Assembly: GCA_964461335.1 (NCBI GenBank)
Contig: CAYWTY010000003.1
Span: 1-59,360, forward strand
Reading direction: 5' to 3'
Origin: an uncultured Oscillospiraceae bacterium
Lineage (GTDB): Bacteria > Bacillota > Clostridia > Christensenellales > CAG-138
Length of the DNA stretch: 59,360 nt
Shown: positions 47,056 to 57,822 of the stretch, piece by piece
Numbering within the stretch: the stretch's first letter is position 1
Layout of the letters: every line of letters begins with the position of its first letter
Translations under genes and position numbers: made by a program
Notes under the pieces: model-generated
The model's database searches: none
What the model was told of the DNA's origin: nothing
What the model saw: the letters and a program-made list of their open reading frames with translations, nothing else

Positions 47056-47712
47056 ATGGGTCAAAAAATAAATCCGAACGGCTTTCGCGTCGGTGTCATA
47101 CGGGATTGGAATACCCGTTGGTATGCTTCAAAAAAAGACTTTGCCGATTTTTTGGTTGAAGATAAAAGAATCCGCGACCATGTAAAAGCGAAGTATTTTG
47201 CAGCAGGCATATCCCGCATTGAAATCGAGCGCGCAGCAGGCAAAATTACTGTTAACATCCGCACGTCACGCCCGGGTATGCTTATTGGCAGAGGCGGAGC
47301 AGGCGTTGATGCGATACGGGCTGATATTTCAAAGCTTATCGGCAAGCCGGTAAACATAAATATTCTCGAAATCCGCAACGCAGATACAGACGCTCAGCTT
47401 GTTGCAGAAAACATAGCAGCACAGCTTGAAAAGCGCATTTCCTTCCGCCGCGCTATGAAGCAGACAATGGGGCGCTCTATGAAAGCAGGCGCAAAGGGCA
47501 TTAAGCTTTTGTGCGCAGGAAGGTTGGGCGGCGCAGAAATCGCACGCAGCGAAGGCTACCACGACGGCTCCATACCCCTGCAGACAATGCGCGCGGATAT
47601 TGACTATGGCTTTGCAGAGGCGCATACAACCTATGGACGCATTGGCGTCAAGGTGTGGATTTACAAGGGCGAGGTGCTCGGTAAGTCACGCAGGCAAGAA
47701 GGAGGCAGGTAA
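47056..47712 (+). CDS. rpsC: 30S ribosomal protein S3
   Basis: 218 aa, [14 protein letters not shown]...KH domain. Confidence 0.97.
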   Translation: MGQKINPNGFRVGVIRDWNTRWYASKKDFADFLVEDKRIRDHVKAKYFAAGISRIEIERAAGKITVNIRTSRPGMLIGRGGAGVDAIRADISKLIGKPVNINILEIRNADTDAQLVAENIAAQLEKRISFRRAMKQTMGRSMKAGAKGIKLLCAGRLGGAEIARSEGYHDGSIPLQTMRADIDYGFAEAHTTYGRIGVKVWIYKGEVLGKSRRQEGGR

Positions 47713-47714
47713 CA

Positions 47715-48158
47715 ATGTTGATGCCTAAAAGAGTAAAAAGAAGAAGAGTATTCCGCGGCCGCATGAAGGGTAAGGCCTTAAGGGGCAACACAATTACATA
47801 CGGCGAATTCGGTCTTGTGGCAATGGAGCCTGCTTGGGTAACAAGCAACCAGATTGAAGCAGCCCGTATTGCAATGACGCGTTATATTAAGCGCGGCGGC
47901 AAAGTGTGGATAAAAATATTCCCGGATAAACCGGTAACAAAAAAACCTGCTGAAACCCGTATGGGAAGCGGCAAGGGCTCACCCGAATACTGGGTAGCTG
48001 TAGTTAAACCGGGCCGCATACTTTTTGAAATAGCAGAAGTAGACGCGGAAACTGCGGCAGAGGCGCTGCGCCTAGCCATGCACAAACTGCCGCTAAAGTG
48101 CAAAATTGTGCATAAGGATTCCGGCCAGGAAGGTGGTGCAGTCAATGAAAGCGAATAA
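47715..48158 (+). CDS. rplP: 50S ribosomal protein L16
   Basis: 147 aa, [19 protein letters not shown]. Confidence 0.97.
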   Translation: MLMPKRVKRRRVFRGRMKGKALRGNTITYGEFGLVAMEPAWVTSNQIEAARIAMTRYIKRGGKVWIKIFPDKPVTKKPAETRMGSGKGSPEYWVAVVKPGRILFEIAEVDAETAAEALRLAMHKLPLKCKIVHKDSGQEGGAVNESE

Positions 48159-48348
48159 AGTCCGTGAACTGACAAACGAAGAGCTTGACGTGCGTGAGCG
48201 CGAGCTGAAGACTGAGCTCTTTAATCTCCGCTTCCAGCTGGCTACAGGGCAGTTAAACAACCCCCAGCGGATAAAGGAATGCAAAAAAGATATTGCCCGT
48301 GTAAAGACGCTCATCCGCGAGCGCGAGCTTAAGGTGGCTGCCGAATGA
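48145..48348 (+). CDS. rpmC: 50S ribosomal protein L29
   Basis: 67 aa from [14 protein letters not shown]. Overlaps the rplP 3' end. The track ORF starts upstream at 48106. Confidence 0.93.
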   Translation: MKANKVRELTNEELDVRERELKTELFNLRFQLATGQLNNPQRIKECKKDIARVKTLIRERELKVAAE

Positions 48349-48365
48349 GGGAGGAGGAGCAGGCT

Positions 48366-48629
48366 ATGGAAGAAAGCATCAGAGGGTACCGCAAAACGCG
48401 TACAGGTATAGTTGTAAGCGATAAAATGAACAAGACCATAGTAGTGGCAATCCGCACAAAAGTGCGCCATCCTCTTTACGGCAAAATGGTCAACCGCACT
48501 GAGAAGTTTAAGGTTCATGATGAAGAAAACACCTGCGGTATCGGCGATACCGTGAGGATTATGGAGACCCGCCCTCTTTCAAAAGAGAAACGCTGGCGCT
48601 TGGTCGAAATCCTCGAAAAGGCCAAGTAA
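48366..48629 (+). CDS. rpsQ: 30S ribosomal protein S17
   Basis: Start at [21 protein letters not shown] (RBS GGGAGGAGG). The track ORF starts at 48345. Confidence 0.93.
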   Translation: MEESIRGYRKTRTGIVVSDKMNKTIVVAIRTKVRHPLYGKMVNRTEKFKVHDEENTCGIGDTVRIMETRPLSKEKRWRLVEILEKAK

Positions 48630-48642
48630 GGAGGAATTTAAC

Positions 48643-49011
48643 ATGATTCAACCACAGACAAGGCTGAAGGTCGCAGATAATAGCGGCGCAAAAGAAATTA
48701 TGTGCATTCGCGTTTTAGGCGGCTCATTCCGCAGGTTTGCCAACATTGGCGATGTTATAGTTGCCTCTGTTAAATCGGCGCAGCCTGGCGGCGCAGTCAA
48801 AAAGAAGGACATTGTAAGGGCAGTAATTGTACGCACTGTTTCAGGCGTGCATCGGCCGGACGGCAGCTATATCCGCTTCGATGATAATGCGGCTGTAATA
48901 ATAAACGAACAAAAGCAGCCCCGCGGAACCCGTATTTTCGGGCCTGTGGCGCGCGAGCTGCGAGAGCGCGACTACATGAAGATCGTGTCTCTTGCGCCGG
49001 AAGTGCTCTAA
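48643..49011 (+). CDS. rplN: 50S ribosomal protein L14
   Basis: 122 aa, [18 protein letters not shown]. Confidence 0.97.
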   Translation: MIQPQTRLKVADNSGAKEIMCIRVLGGSFRRFANIGDVIVASVKSAQPGGAVKKKDIVRAVIVRTVSGVHRPDGSYIRFDDNAAVIINEQKQPRGTRIFGPVARELRERDYMKIVSLAPEVL

Positions 49012-49022
49012 GGAGGGCAGCG

Positions 49023-49340
49023 ATGAAAAAGCTCAACATAAAAAAGGACGATACTGTAATAGTCATTACAGGCAAGGACAGAGGCGTTAAAGGCAAAGTG
49101 CTTGTAAGCCTCCCAAAAGAGGAGCGGGTCATTGTGCAAAACGCCAATATGATGACGCGCCACCAAAAACCCCGCCGCCAGGGCGACCCGGGCGGGCGCA
49201 TTAAGCAAGAGGGCGCTATTCACGCAAGCAATGTAATGCTTATTTGCCCGAAATGCTCAAAACCAACGCGCGTTGGGCATGCGTTTGAGGGCGAAAAGAA
49301 AGTCCGCGTATGCAAAAAATGCGGCAAATCAATGGATTAA
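49023..49340 (+). CDS. rplX: 50S ribosomal protein L24
   Basis: 105 aa, KKDDTVIVITGKDRG.KGKV (KOW motif). Confidence 0.96.
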   Translation: MKKLNIKKDDTVIVITGKDRGVKGKVLVSLPKEERVIVQNANMMTRHQKPRRQGDPGGRIKQEGAIHASNVMLICPKCSKPTRVGHAFEGEKKVRVCKKCGKSMD

Positions 49341-49361
49341 GCCGGAAGGGAGGAGTTTCAA

Positions 49362-50009
49362 ATGGCAAAGCAGCAAGCTAAGCAAAGTACAACGAAAAAA
49401 GATGCAGCTCAAGCATCCGCAAAAAAGAAAAGAGCAGCACAGGAAGACTTGAAGTCCTTATCCGGCATACCTCGCCTTAAGGAAAAATACAGGGCTGAGG
49501 TTGCTCCTCAAATGCAGGAGAAGTTCGGGTATAAAAACGTAATGGAGATTCCAAGGCTTGAAAAAGTCGTGCTTAATATGGGGCTAGGCTCTGAAAAGGA
49601 TAACCCAAAGGGCTTGGAGAATGCCTGTGAGGAGCTCTCGCTGATTTCAGGGCAAAAAGCTGTTATTACAAAGGCGAAGAAATCCGTAGCAAACTTCAAG
49701 CTTAGAGAAGGCATGAATGTTGGTGCAAAGGTTACGCTTCGCGGTGACAGAATGTATTATTTTGCCGATAAATTCATGAATATTGTGTTGCCGCGTGTAC
49801 GCGACTTCCGCGGTGTCTCCGCAAAATCCTTTGACGGGCGCGGCAATTATGCGCTTGGTGTTAAGGAACAGCTGATTTTTCCGGAAATCAACTATGATGA
49901 CGTAGACAAAGTGCGCGGCATGGATATTATTTTTGTGACAACTGCAAAGAGCGATGAAGAGGCAAAAGAGCTCTTAAACCTTTTGGGCATGCCCTTTGCC
50001 CAGGGCTGA
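49362..50009 (+). CDS. rplE: 50S ribosomal protein L5 with a roughly 35-aa Lys/Ala-rich N-terminal extension
   Basis: 215 aa. The canonical L5 sequence begins near [23 protein letters not shown] strong RBS GGGAGGAG 7 nt before the ATG at 49362 supports the long form. Confidence 0.93.
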   Translation: MAKQQAKQSTTKKDAAQASAKKKRAAQEDLKSLSGIPRLKEKYRAEVAPQMQEKFGYKNVMEIPRLEKVVLNMGLGSEKDNPKGLENACEELSLISGQKAVITKAKKSVANFKLREGMNVGAKVTLRGDRMYYFADKFMNIVLPRVRDFRGVSAKSFDGRGNYALGVKEQLIFPEINYDDVDKVRGMDIIFVTTAKSDEEAKELLNLLGMPFAQG

Positions 50010-50025
50010 ATTAAGGAGGAAAACC

Positions 50026-50211
50026 GTGGCAAAAAAAAGCATGATAAATAAACAAAAAGCCGTACCCAAGTTCAGCACGCGTGCATATACACGCTGCAGA
50101 ATATGCGGCAGACCGCACGCTGTGCTGCGTAAATATGGCATTTGCCGCATTTGCTTCCGCAACCTTGCATACAAGGGTGAAATCCCCGGCGTGCGCAAGG
50201 CAAGCTGGTAA
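50026..50211 (+). CDS. rpsN: 30S ribosomal protein S14, type Z (zinc-binding)
   Basis: 61 aa from a GTG start (RBS AAGGAGG). CRICGRPH...CRICFR. The track ORF starts at 49996. Confidence 0.93.
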   Translation: MAKKSMINKQKAVPKFSTRAYTRCRICGRPHAVLRKYGICRICFRNLAYKGEIPGVRKASW

Positions 50212-50227
50212 GAAGGAGGATACAAAC

Positions 50228-50620
50228 ATGACCGATCCCATTGCAGATATGCTTACACGCATCCGCAACGCGCTTGTGGCAAAACACGATGCAGTTGAAA
50301 TTCCTGCATCTTCCATAAAGAAATCCATAGCGCAGATTCTGCTCAGCGAGGGCTATATCCGAGGGTATGAGCTCATAGAGAACGGCGTGCAAAAGTCCAT
50401 CCGTATCCAGCTCAAATACGGCCCTAACAGGCAGCGGGTAATTGTGGGTATTAAGCGCATTAGCCGCCCGGGCCTTCGAGTTTATGCTCGAAAGGACGCA
50501 ATGCCCAAGGTGCTTAATGGCTTAGGGATAGCAATCGTTTCAACATCGCGCGGAGTAATGACTGATAGAGAAGCGCGCAAGCAAGCAGTAGGCGGAGAAG
50601 TACTCGCCTATGTATGGTAG
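50228..50620 (+). CDS. rpsH: 30S ribosomal protein S8
   Basis: Start at [15 protein letters not shown] (RBS GAAGGAGG). The track ORF start at 50081 overlaps rpsN. Confidence 0.96.
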   Translation: MTDPIADMLTRIRNALVAKHDAVEIPASSIKKSIAQILLSEGYIRGYELIENGVQKSIRIQLKYGPNRQRVIVGIKRISRPGLRVYARKDAMPKVLNGLGIAIVSTSRGVMTDREARKQAVGGEVLAYVW

Positions 50621-50647
50621 AAGAGCGCATTTACAGGAGGTGTAGAA

Positions 50648-51187
50648 ATGTCGCGTATCGGAAAACTTCCGGTCAATATATTGAGCGGAGTGACAATCAC
50701 GGTCGGTGAGGATAACACCGTAACTGTGAAAGGCCCGAAAGGGCAGCTTTTTGAGCAAATTCCGCATGAAATCAGCATTGAACAGAATGAGGGTACACTT
50801 AACGTAAACCGTAAAGGCGAGGATAAGCGGAGCCGCTCGCTGCATGGGTTAAGCCGCACGCTCATTAACAACATGGTTTTAGGGGTAACAACAGGGTTTT
50901 CTAAAACGCTTGAAATAGCAGGCGTAGGATATAGGGCACAGAAGCAGGGAAATAAGCTTGTGCTTAACCTCGGGTACTCCCACAATGTCGAGTTCTTAGA
51001 GCCAGAAGGAATACAAATCGATGTGCCGGCTCCAAACCGCATTATTGTTTCCGGCATAGATAAACAGCTTGTAGGCCAGATGGCGGCAAATATCCGCGCT
51101 GCACGCGAACCCGAACCCTATAAAGGCAAGGGTATCAGGTACAGCAATGAGGTTATCCGCCGCAAGGAAGGCAAGACGGGCAAATAA
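50648..51187 (+). CDS. rplF: 50S ribosomal protein L6
   Basis: 179 aa, MSRIGKLPV.... Confidence 0.97.
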   Translation: MSRIGKLPVNILSGVTITVGEDNTVTVKGPKGQLFEQIPHEISIEQNEGTLNVNRKGEDKRSRSLHGLSRTLINNMVLGVTTGFSKTLEIAGVGYRAQKQGNKLVLNLGYSHNVEFLEPEGIQIDVPAPNRIIVSGIDKQLVGQMAANIRAAREPEPYKGKGIRYSNEVIRRKEGKTGK

Positions 51188-51209
51188 TGCGTAGGAAGGA
51201 GTAAGTGCA

Positions 51210-51578
51210 ATGATTTCAAGTAAAGATAAAAACGCTGTACGCAAGACGCGTCATACCCGCTCCCGCAGGCATCTTATTGGCACAAGCGAGCGCCCGAGGC
51301 TCAATATATACAGAAGCCTGAACCATATTTATGCGCAGCTCATAAATGACGAAATCGGCAGCACGCTTGCAGCTGCTTCTACGCTGGATGCAGATATTAA
51401 GCCCCAGCTTGAAGCAAAAAACAAGGTGGAGGCTGCAAAACTGGTAGGCGAGCTGATTGGCCGCCGTGCAGTTGAAAAGGGCATAAGCAAGGTTGTCTTT
51501 GACAGAGGCGGGTACCTTTACGCAGGTCGGGTTGCAGCTGTTGCTGATGGCGCACGCAGTGCCGGGCTGGATTTCTAA
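51210..51578 (+). CDS. rplR: 50S ribosomal protein L18
   Basis: 122 aa, [20 protein letters not shown]...[12 protein letters not shown]. Confidence 0.96.
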   Translation: MISSKDKNAVRKTRHTRSRRHLIGTSERPRLNIYRSLNHIYAQLINDEIGSTLAAASTLDADIKPQLEAKNKVEAAKLVGELIGRRAVEKGISKVVFDRGGYLYAGRVAAVADGARSAGLDF

Positions 51579-51586
51579 GGAGGAAA

Positions 51587-52096
51587 ATGATGCAGAATAG
51601 ACGTTTTGAGCAGGAGGCGCCTGAGTTTAAGGAACGCCTTGTCTATATAAACAGAGTTGCGAAGGTTGTAAAAGGCGGCCGCAACTTCCGGTTTTCAGCA
51701 CTTATGGTTGTTGGCAATGAAAACGGCCGTGTAGGAATCGGAATGGGAAAAGCGGCAGAAATTCCTGAAGCTATACGCAAAGGAATAGAGACCGCAAAAC
51801 GCCACATGTTTGATGTGCCGATTGTCGGCACCACAATACCCCATCAGGTCGAGGGGCGATTTGGCAAAGGGCATGTGCGGATGCTTCCTGCAGAAGAGGG
51901 AACAGGCGTTATAGCAGGCGGACCTGCGCGCGCAGTTCTCGAAATGGCAGGCGTTAAAGATATACGCACAAAGAGCTACGGCTCCAATAACCCTTCAAAC
52001 TGTGTAAAGGCTACATTGAACGGCCTGATGCAGTTGCGCACAGCCGAGCAGGTGGCGCGGCTTCGGGGCAAGTCTGTGTCTGAAATCCTCGACTGA
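51587..52096 (+). CDS. rpsE: 30S ribosomal protein S5
   Basis: 169 aa, [22 protein letters not shown]. Confidence 0.96.
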   Translation: MMQNRRFEQEAPEFKERLVYINRVAKVVKGGRNFRFSALMVVGNENGRVGIGMGKAAEIPEAIRKGIETAKRHMFDVPIVGTTIPHQVEGRFGKGHVRMLPAEEGTGVIAGGPARAVLEMAGVKDIRTKSYGSNNPSNCVKATLNGLMQLRTAEQVARLRGKSVSEILD

Positions 52097-52118
52097 CCCA
52101 TAGAAAGGAGAGTATAAA

Positions 52119-52298
52119 ATGGCACAGCTTAAAATTACGCTTGTAAAAAGCACAATTGGCGCTTTAAAAGACCAAAAGGCCACAGTTGAGTCCCTTGGTC
52201 TTAGGAAAATCAACAGCTTTACAGTGCAGCCTGATAATGCCTGCACTCGCGGCAAAATCTTTAAGGTAAAACACCTTATTAAGGTGGAAGAAGCATAA
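52119..52298 (+). CDS. rpmD: 50S ribosomal protein L30
   Basis: Hand translation, 59 aa: [69 protein letters not shown]. Below the ORF-track cutoff. Confidence 0.92.
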   Translation: MAQLKITLVKSTIGALKDQKATVESLGLRKINSFTVQPDNACTRGKIFKVKHLIKVEEA

Positions 52299-52311
52299 GG
52301 GGGGATACACC

Positions 52312-52755
52312 ATGAAATTGCATGAGCTAAAGCCTGCTTTAAGCTCAACAAGGGCTTCAAAGCGAGTAGGACGCGGTACAGGGTCAGGCATGGGCAAGAC
52401 CTCCACCAAGGGGCATAAGGGCCAAATAGCACGCGGCGGGAGCAAGAAGCACGGCTTTGAAGGCGGCCAGATGCCGCTTGCAAGGCGCCTGCCTAAGCGC
52501 GGCTTTACGAATATTTTTGCAAAAGAATATACGGTTATAAATGTCTCAGTGCTTGACTGCTTTGAAAACGATACGATTGTTACAGCTTCCTTGTTAAAAG
52601 AGCTTGGCTTGATAAGCAAAATTAAAAAGGACGGCCTTAAGGTCCTTGGTCAAGGGGAGCTTACAAAGAAGCTCACTGTTAGAGCTGCAAAATTCTCCAA
52701 CACTGCTAAAGACGCCATAGAGGCTCAGGGCGGAAGCGTAGAGGTGATGGACTGA
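52312..52755 (+). CDS. rplO: 50S ribosomal protein L15
   Basis: 147 aa, MKLHELKP...[21 protein letters not shown]. Confidence 0.96.
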   Translation: MKLHELKPALSSTRASKRVGRGTGSGMGKTSTKGHKGQIARGGSKKHGFEGGQMPLARRLPKRGFTNIFAKEYTVINVSVLDCFENDTIVTASLLKELGLISKIKKDGLKVLGQGELTKKLTVRAAKFSNTAKDAIEAQGGSVEVMD

Positions 52756-54032
52756 TGCTTAAGACGCTGGTAAACGCGTTCAAGATTGCGGAGATTCGTA
52801 AAAAGCTTCTCACAACGCTTATGCTCATACTGATTTACAGGCTTGGGTGCTTTATACCCATACCCGGCGTTAATGCCAACTACATCGGACAGATGGTCGG
52901 CCAGTATGATGCGCTCGGGTTTTTGAACCTGCTTTCCGGCGGCGGCTTTAAGAACTTCACTATATTTGCCATGGGTATTTCGCCCTATATTACAAGCTCC
53001 ATCATAATGCAGCTATTGCAGATAGGCATTCCTGCGTTAGAGCGTATGGCAAAAGAAGAAGACGGCCGCAAAAAGCTTCAGGAAGTTACACGCTATGTTG
53101 GTATAGGCTTTGCTTTGGTTGAGTCTGTAGGCATAGTGCTAAGCTTAGGAAGTGGCGCAGTATATGAGGCAAATCTGTTTACATATGCTACAATCGGTAT
53201 TATTGCAACAGGCGGAACCGCATTTTTAATGTGGCTTGGTGAGCGCATAACAGAAAACGGCATAGGAAACGGAATTTCCATGATTATCTTCGCGTCTATA
53301 ATGTCACAGATTCCTACTACTGCAATTACGCTTTACGGGAATATCCGCGATGGAGCGATTTCTCTATGGTCACTGCCGCTTATGCTCTTGCTCGTAGTTG
53401 CAATCATAACGCTTGTCGTATATATTAACGAAGGCGTGCGCCGTGTGCCTGTGCAGTATGCAAAGCGCGTTGTTGGGCGCAAGCTCTATGGCGGGCAAAG
53501 CACGCATATCCCCATGAAGGCAAATGCAAACGGGGTAATGCCTTTGATATTTACAATGACAATTATGCAGCTGCCGCTTATGATAATTCAAATAGTTGAC
53601 AAAAACTATCAGCAGGGCATTTTGCAGGGCTTTACTGCGTTCTATGTTAAATACCTTCAGCAGGGAACTGTGGTTTACTACATTTTCTACGCACTGCTCA
53701 TTGTAGGGTTTGCGTATTTTTACACAACAATTTCGTTTAACCCCATTGAAATGAGCAAGAACCTCCAGCAATACGGCGGCTTTATACCAGGCATTCGACC
53801 CGGTAAGCCGACAAGCGACTATCTTGCGCGTATAAGCAGCAGGCTGACGCTTTTCGGTGCGCTATTCCTTGCTGTTATTGCCATAATCCCTAACCTGTTT
53901 CTCGGGGCGCTCAGCATTAAATCCCCTTTCGGCCCGACAAGCGTGCTTATTATGGTAAGCGTTGCGCTTGAAACAATGGAGCAGCTGCAAAACCAGATGC
54001 TTATGCGCCATTACAAGGGCTTCTTGAACTGA
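52755..54032 (+). CDS. secY: Preprotein translocase subunit SecY
   Basis: 425 aa, 10 TM helices. Conserved spc-operon position. ATGA overlap with rplO. Confidence 0.96.
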   Translation: MLKTLVNAFKIAEIRKKLLTTLMLILIYRLGCFIPIPGVNANYIGQMVGQYDALGFLNLLSGGGFKNFTIFAMGISPYITSSIIMQLLQIGIPALERMAKEEDGRKKLQEVTRYVGIGFALVESVGIVLSLGSGAVYEANLFTYATIGIIATGGTAFLMWLGERITENGIGNGISMIIFASIMSQIPTTAITLYGNIRDGAISLWSLPLMLLLVVAIITLVVYINEGVRRVPVQYAKRVVGRKLYGGQSTHIPMKANANGVMPLIFTMTIMQLPLMIIQIVDKNYQQGILQGFTAFYVKYLQQGTVVYYIFYALLIVGFAYFYTTISFNPIEMSKNLQQYGGFIPGIRPGKPTSDYLARISSRLTLFGALFLAVIAIIPNLFLGALSIKSPFGPTSVLIMVSVALETMEQLQNQMLMRHYKGFLN

Positions 54033-54046
54033 GAAAAGGAGAAGGC

Positions 54047-54664
54047 ATGAGGCTTGTACTCTTGGGCCCGCCGGGTGCGGGCAAAGGTACTCAGGCAGCG
54101 CTTTTGTGCAGGCGCTATGGTATTAAGCATATTTCCACAGGTGATATGCTTCGAGCAGAGCTTCTTGCAAAAACCAAGCTTGGCTTAGAGGCGCACTCAT
54201 ATATTGAAAAAGGCGAGCTTGTACCGGATTCTGTCATTATTGATATGGTAAAGGCAAAGCTTAAAGAGCCTGAGTTCAAAAACGGATACATATTAGACGG
54301 CTTCCCGCGGACTATTGCACAAGCAGACGCCCTCGAGCAGTTTGTAAAACTTGATGCAGTTATATACCTCGAGGTGGACTTTGAAATAATTATAAAAAGA
54401 ATAAGCGGCAGGCGCAGATGCCCTGACTGCGGGGCAATTTACCATGTTTCACATTATGCGGAAAACACCTGCAGCTGCGGCGGCGTGCTTTACCAGCGTG
54501 AAGACGACAAATTAGAAACAGTTAAAAACCGCCTTGCAGTTTATGAGGCTGAGACACGCCCGCTTATTGCCTATTACAGCCAAAAGGGGCTCTTGCGCAC
54601 TGTAAGCGGAGAGGGGTCGCCTGAGGAAGTGGATGCGAAAATCGCAGCTATGTTAGTGCCATGA
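54047..54664 (+). CDS. adk: Adenylate kinase (zinc-lid type)
   Basis: 205 aa. GPPGAGKGTQA P-loop and a lid with four Cys (CPDCG...CSCGG). Confidence 0.96.
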   Translation: MRLVLLGPPGAGKGTQAALLCRRYGIKHISTGDMLRAELLAKTKLGLEAHSYIEKGELVPDSVIIDMVKAKLKEPEFKNGYILDGFPRTIAQADALEQFVKLDAVIYLEVDFEIIIKRISGRRRCPDCGAIYHVSHYAENTCSCGGVLYQREDDKLETVKNRLAVYEAETRPLIAYYSQKGLLRTVSGEGSPEEVDAKIAAMLVP

Positions 54665-55449
54665 TGCAGGGGATTACAATTAAAAGCAAAGCCCAAATTG
54701 AGCTTATGCGAAAATCGGGCCGAATAGTTGAAGAAGTGCTGCTTTTAATGCAGCGCATGGCAGTGCCAGGTATTTCTACGCTCGAACTTGATGAAGCTGC
54801 GTTTAAGCTTATTCGTCAAAGGGGCGCAGAGCCATCGTTTCTTAACTACCGTGGGTACCCCGCAAGTATATGTGCCTCAGTTAACGAAGAAGTCGTCCAT
54901 GGCATACCGTCAAAGCGCAAGCTGCTTGATGGGGATATTTTAAGCGTTGATGTTGGCGCGTGCCTTGGCGGGTGGCATTCGGACGCAGCGCGCACGTATT
55001 TTATAGGCAAGCCCTCTGCTGAGGTTGAGCGGCTGGTGCGCGTTACAGAGGAATGCTTTTACAAAGGGTTGAATTTTGCTTTAGAAGGCTTTAGAATTGG
55101 TGATATTTCTTTTGCAATTCAAGAGCATGCTGAGGCAAACGGTTATGGGGTTGTGCGCGAGCTTGTAGGCCATGGCATAGGCCGCTCAATGCACGAGCAG
55201 CCCGATGTGCCAAACTTCGGCAGCAAAGGTCATGGGTTAACGCTTAGAGCAGGGATGACGATTGCAATAGAGCCAATGATTAACATGGGAAGTGCAGCTG
55301 TAAGCGTGCTTTCTGACGGCTGGACTGTTATTGCAAGCGATAGAAAACCAAGTGCGCACTATGAAAATACCATAGCAATTACTGACAAAGCGCCGCTGCT
55401 TTTAACAAAATCCGAGGCACAACATCCCGCGGAGGTGGGTAGCGAATGA
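54661..55449 (+). CDS. map: Type I methionine aminopeptidase
   Basis: 262 aa. Metal-ligand context DILSVDVG...HSDAAR...GHGIG. Confidence 0.95.
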   Translation: MMQGITIKSKAQIELMRKSGRIVEEVLLLMQRMAVPGISTLELDEAAFKLIRQRGAEPSFLNYRGYPASICASVNEEVVHGIPSKRKLLDGDILSVDVGACLGGWHSDAARTYFIGKPSAEVERLVRVTEECFYKGLNFALEGFRIGDISFAIQEHAEANGYGVVRELVGHGIGRSMHEQPDVPNFGSKGHGLTLRAGMTIAIEPMINMGSAAVSVLSDGWTVIASDRKPSAHYENTIAITDKAPLLLTKSEAQHPAEVGSE

Positions 55450-55748
55450 ACGAATGTACCAAGGAACTGCTTGGGCGGGTGGCTATAAGCCGCGCAGGCA
55501 GAGATAGCGGCAGAGCCTTCCTAGTTGTTGGCTGTGCGGACGCAGAGCATTTGCTTTTAGCCGATGGCTGCCTACGAAAGCTCGGCAGCCCCAAAAAAAA
55601 GAAGGTCAAGCATATAAAGCTTGAGCCGACAGAGGCAGAAGGCATAAAAACTAAGATTCTCGGGGGCAAACAGGTGTTTGATGCAGAAATACGCAACTGC
55701 CTGCTTAACCTCGGGTACAATTGTGACAAAACAGCTAAGGAGGGATAG
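55446..55748 (+). CDS. Small KOW-domain-like protein between map and infA
   Basis: 100 aa. [22 protein letters not shown] resembles a KOW motif. ATGA overlap with map; ends 1 nt before the infA start. Confidence 0.6.
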   Translation: MNECTKELLGRVAISRAGRDSGRAFLVVGCADAEHLLLADGCLRKLGSPKKKKVKHIKLEPTEAEGIKTKILGGKQVFDAEIRNCLLNLGYNCDKTAKEG

Positions 55749-55749
55749 T

Positions 55750-55971
55750 TTGTCAAAACAGGACGTTATCGAAGTTGAAGGCGTTGTTTCCGACTCCTTT
55801 CCAAACGCTATGTTTGAGGTGGAACTCGAAAACGGGCATAAAATACTGGCGCATATTTCAGGAAAGCTCAGAATGAATTTTATCCGCATATTGCCGGGCG
55901 ACAAGGTTACAGTGGAGCTCTCCCCCTATGACCTTACGCGCGGAAGAATAACCTGGCGAGCAAAAAAATAA
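55750..55971 (+). CDS. infA: Translation initiation factor IF-1
   Basis: 73 aa from a TTG start (RBS AAGGAGGG): [12 protein letters not shown]...[33 protein letters not shown]. The track ORF starts at 55678. Confidence 0.94.
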   Translation: MSKQDVIEVEGVVSDSFPNAMFEVELENGHKILAHISGKLRMNFIRILPGDKVTVELSPYDLTRGRITWRAKK

Positions 55972-55999
55972 GCTGCCTTTGAGTTTAGGAGGAACAGTT

Positions 56000-56113
56000 A
56001 TGAAAGTCAGACCTTCGGTCAAGCCCATTTGCGAAAAATGCAAAATCATAAAGCGTAAGGGGCGGGTCATGGTAATTTGCGATAACCCAAAGCATAAACA
56101 AAAGCAGGGTTAG
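56000..56113 (+). CDS. rpmJ: 50S ribosomal protein L36
   Basis: Hand translation, 37 aa: [47 protein letters not shown]. Below the ORF-track cutoff. Confidence 0.93.
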   Translation: MKVRPSVKPICEKCKIIKRKGRVMVICDNPKHKQKQG

Positions 56114-56260
56114 GTGAACAACAGGAACCTTTTGCAAGCGCTTAGGTTCCGTAAAGAGAAAATCCCCCGCTCGGTGCGGCTGGCGCTCTTAAGAAGCGCA
56201 AACCGGCGGGCTTAGAGCATATAGCGCGAAAGCTAATTTTACAGGAGGTGTAATAACCAT

Positions 56261-56626
56261 ATGGCACGTATTTCTGGTGTGGACCTGCCCAGAGACAAGC
56301 GCGTGGAAATAGGCCTGACTTATATTTTCGGCATCGGGAGAAAGACCGCGTCCGAAATCATCACTGCATGCGGTGTTGATTCAACCATCCGCGTGCGCGA
56401 TTTATCCGAGAGTGATGTAAGCAAGCTTAGAGAGTATATTGACCATAATGTCAAGGTTGAAGGCGACCTTAGGCGCGAGGTCTCCATGAATATTAAGCGG
56501 CTCATGGAAATAGGCTGCTATCGCGGTGTACGTCACCGTAAGGGGCTGCCTGTGCGTGGGCAAAACACAAAGCAGAATGCGCGTACGCGCAAAGGCCCTA
56601 AGCGCATAATGGGCAGGAAGAGATAG
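56261..56626 (+). CDS. rpsM: 30S ribosomal protein S13
   Basis: 121 aa, [26 protein letters not shown]. Confidence 0.97.
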   Translation: MARISGVDLPRDKRVEIGLTYIFGIGRKTASEIITACGVDSTIRVRDLSESDVSKLREYIDHNVKVEGDLRREVSMNIKRLMEIGCYRGVRHRKGLPVRGQNTKQNARTRKGPKRIMGRKR

Positions 56627-56639
56627 GAGGTAGGCGAGA

Positions 56640-57041
56640 ATGGCAAAGGCTAAAATTAAAAAGGCAGTTTCGCGAAAGCGTCGCGAAAGGAAAAATATAG
56701 AGCGCGGTGCAGCGCATATCCGCTCCTCCTTTAATAATACCATGGTCACAATAACAGATACTTCAGGCAATGCGCTCTCATGGGCATCTGCAGGTGGGTT
56801 AGGGTTTCGCGGGTCGCGAAAATCCACACCCTATGCAGCGCAAATGGCTGCTGAAGCAGCAGCAAGGGCAGCAATGGAGCATGGGCTGCATACTGTTGAA
56901 GTCTATATTAAAGGGCCTGGGTCAGGCCGTGAAGCTGCAATACGCGCACTGCAGACTGCAGGGCTCGAAGTAAACATGATTAAGGACGTAACGCCAATTC
57001 CTCACAATGGCTGCCGTCCGCCTAAGCGCAGAAGAGTATAA
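56640..57041 (+). CDS. rpsK: 30S ribosomal protein S11
   Basis: 133 aa, [17 protein letters not shown]. Confidence 0.97.
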   Translation: MAKAKIKKAVSRKRRERKNIERGAAHIRSSFNNTMVTITDTSGNALSWASAGGLGFRGSRKSTPYAAQMAAEAAARAAMEHGLHTVEVYIKGPGSGREAAIRALQTAGLEVNMIKDVTPIPHNGCRPPKRRRV

Positions 57042-57055
57042 GGAGGCAAACCAAA

Positions 57056-57685
57056 ATGGCAAGATATACGGATTCCGTTTGCAGGCTTTGCCGCCGCGAG
57101 GGGACTAAGCTGTTTTTAAAAGGTGACCGCTGCTACAGTGCAAAATGCTCTGTTATTAAGCGCCACACCCCGCCGGGCCAGCATGGCCAGGCGCGCGCCC
57201 GCAAGCAGTCCGAGTACGGCGTGCAATTGAGGGAAAAACAAAAGTGCCGTCGTGCATACGGTGTATTGGAATCACAATTCCGGAAATACTTCGATATGGC
57301 CGCAAATATGCGTGGAGTAACAGGTGAAAACATGCTTTGCCTGCTCGAGCGCAGGCTTGATAATGTGGCTTACCGCCTTGGCTTTGGCGAAAGCCGCCCA
57401 ATGGCGCGCCAGCTTGTGATGCATGGCCATTTTCGTATTAACGGTAAAAAGGTTGATATACCGAGCTACCTGATTAAACCGGGCGATATTATAAGCGTTA
57501 AGGAACGTTCGCGCGATTTACAGTGCTTTAAAGCATTGCGCGAACAGGGGGCAGGGAAGCCTGTTCCTAAATGGCTTGAAATGGATGCAGAAAACCTCAC
57601 AGGCAAAATTGTTGCAATGCCTGAGCGCGATGATATCGACCTTACGATTGAGGAACATTTAATCGTTGAGTTCTATTCAAGGTAA
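57056..57685 (+). CDS. rpsD: 30S ribosomal protein S4
   Basis: 209 aa, [25 protein letters not shown]. Confidence 0.96.
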   Translation: MARYTDSVCRLCRREGTKLFLKGDRCYSAKCSVIKRHTPPGQHGQARARKQSEYGVQLREKQKCRRAYGVLESQFRKYFDMAANMRGVTGENMLCLLERRLDNVAYRLGFGESRPMARQLVMHGHFRINGKKVDIPSYLIKPGDIISVKERSRDLQCFKALREQGAGKPVPKWLEMDAENLTGKIVAMPERDDIDLTIEEHLIVEFYSR

Positions 57686-57822
57686 GCGCCATAAAATTGT
57701 TGGGCAAAGCCGGACAGGGCGCTTATATGTTAAGAAGGCTTAGTTCCCTACTCGCTTACTCTTAGTCGTATGGGTGATGTTGCTGCGCCGCGCAGCAGCA
57801 GGGCTTAAAAAGGAGGAAACAA

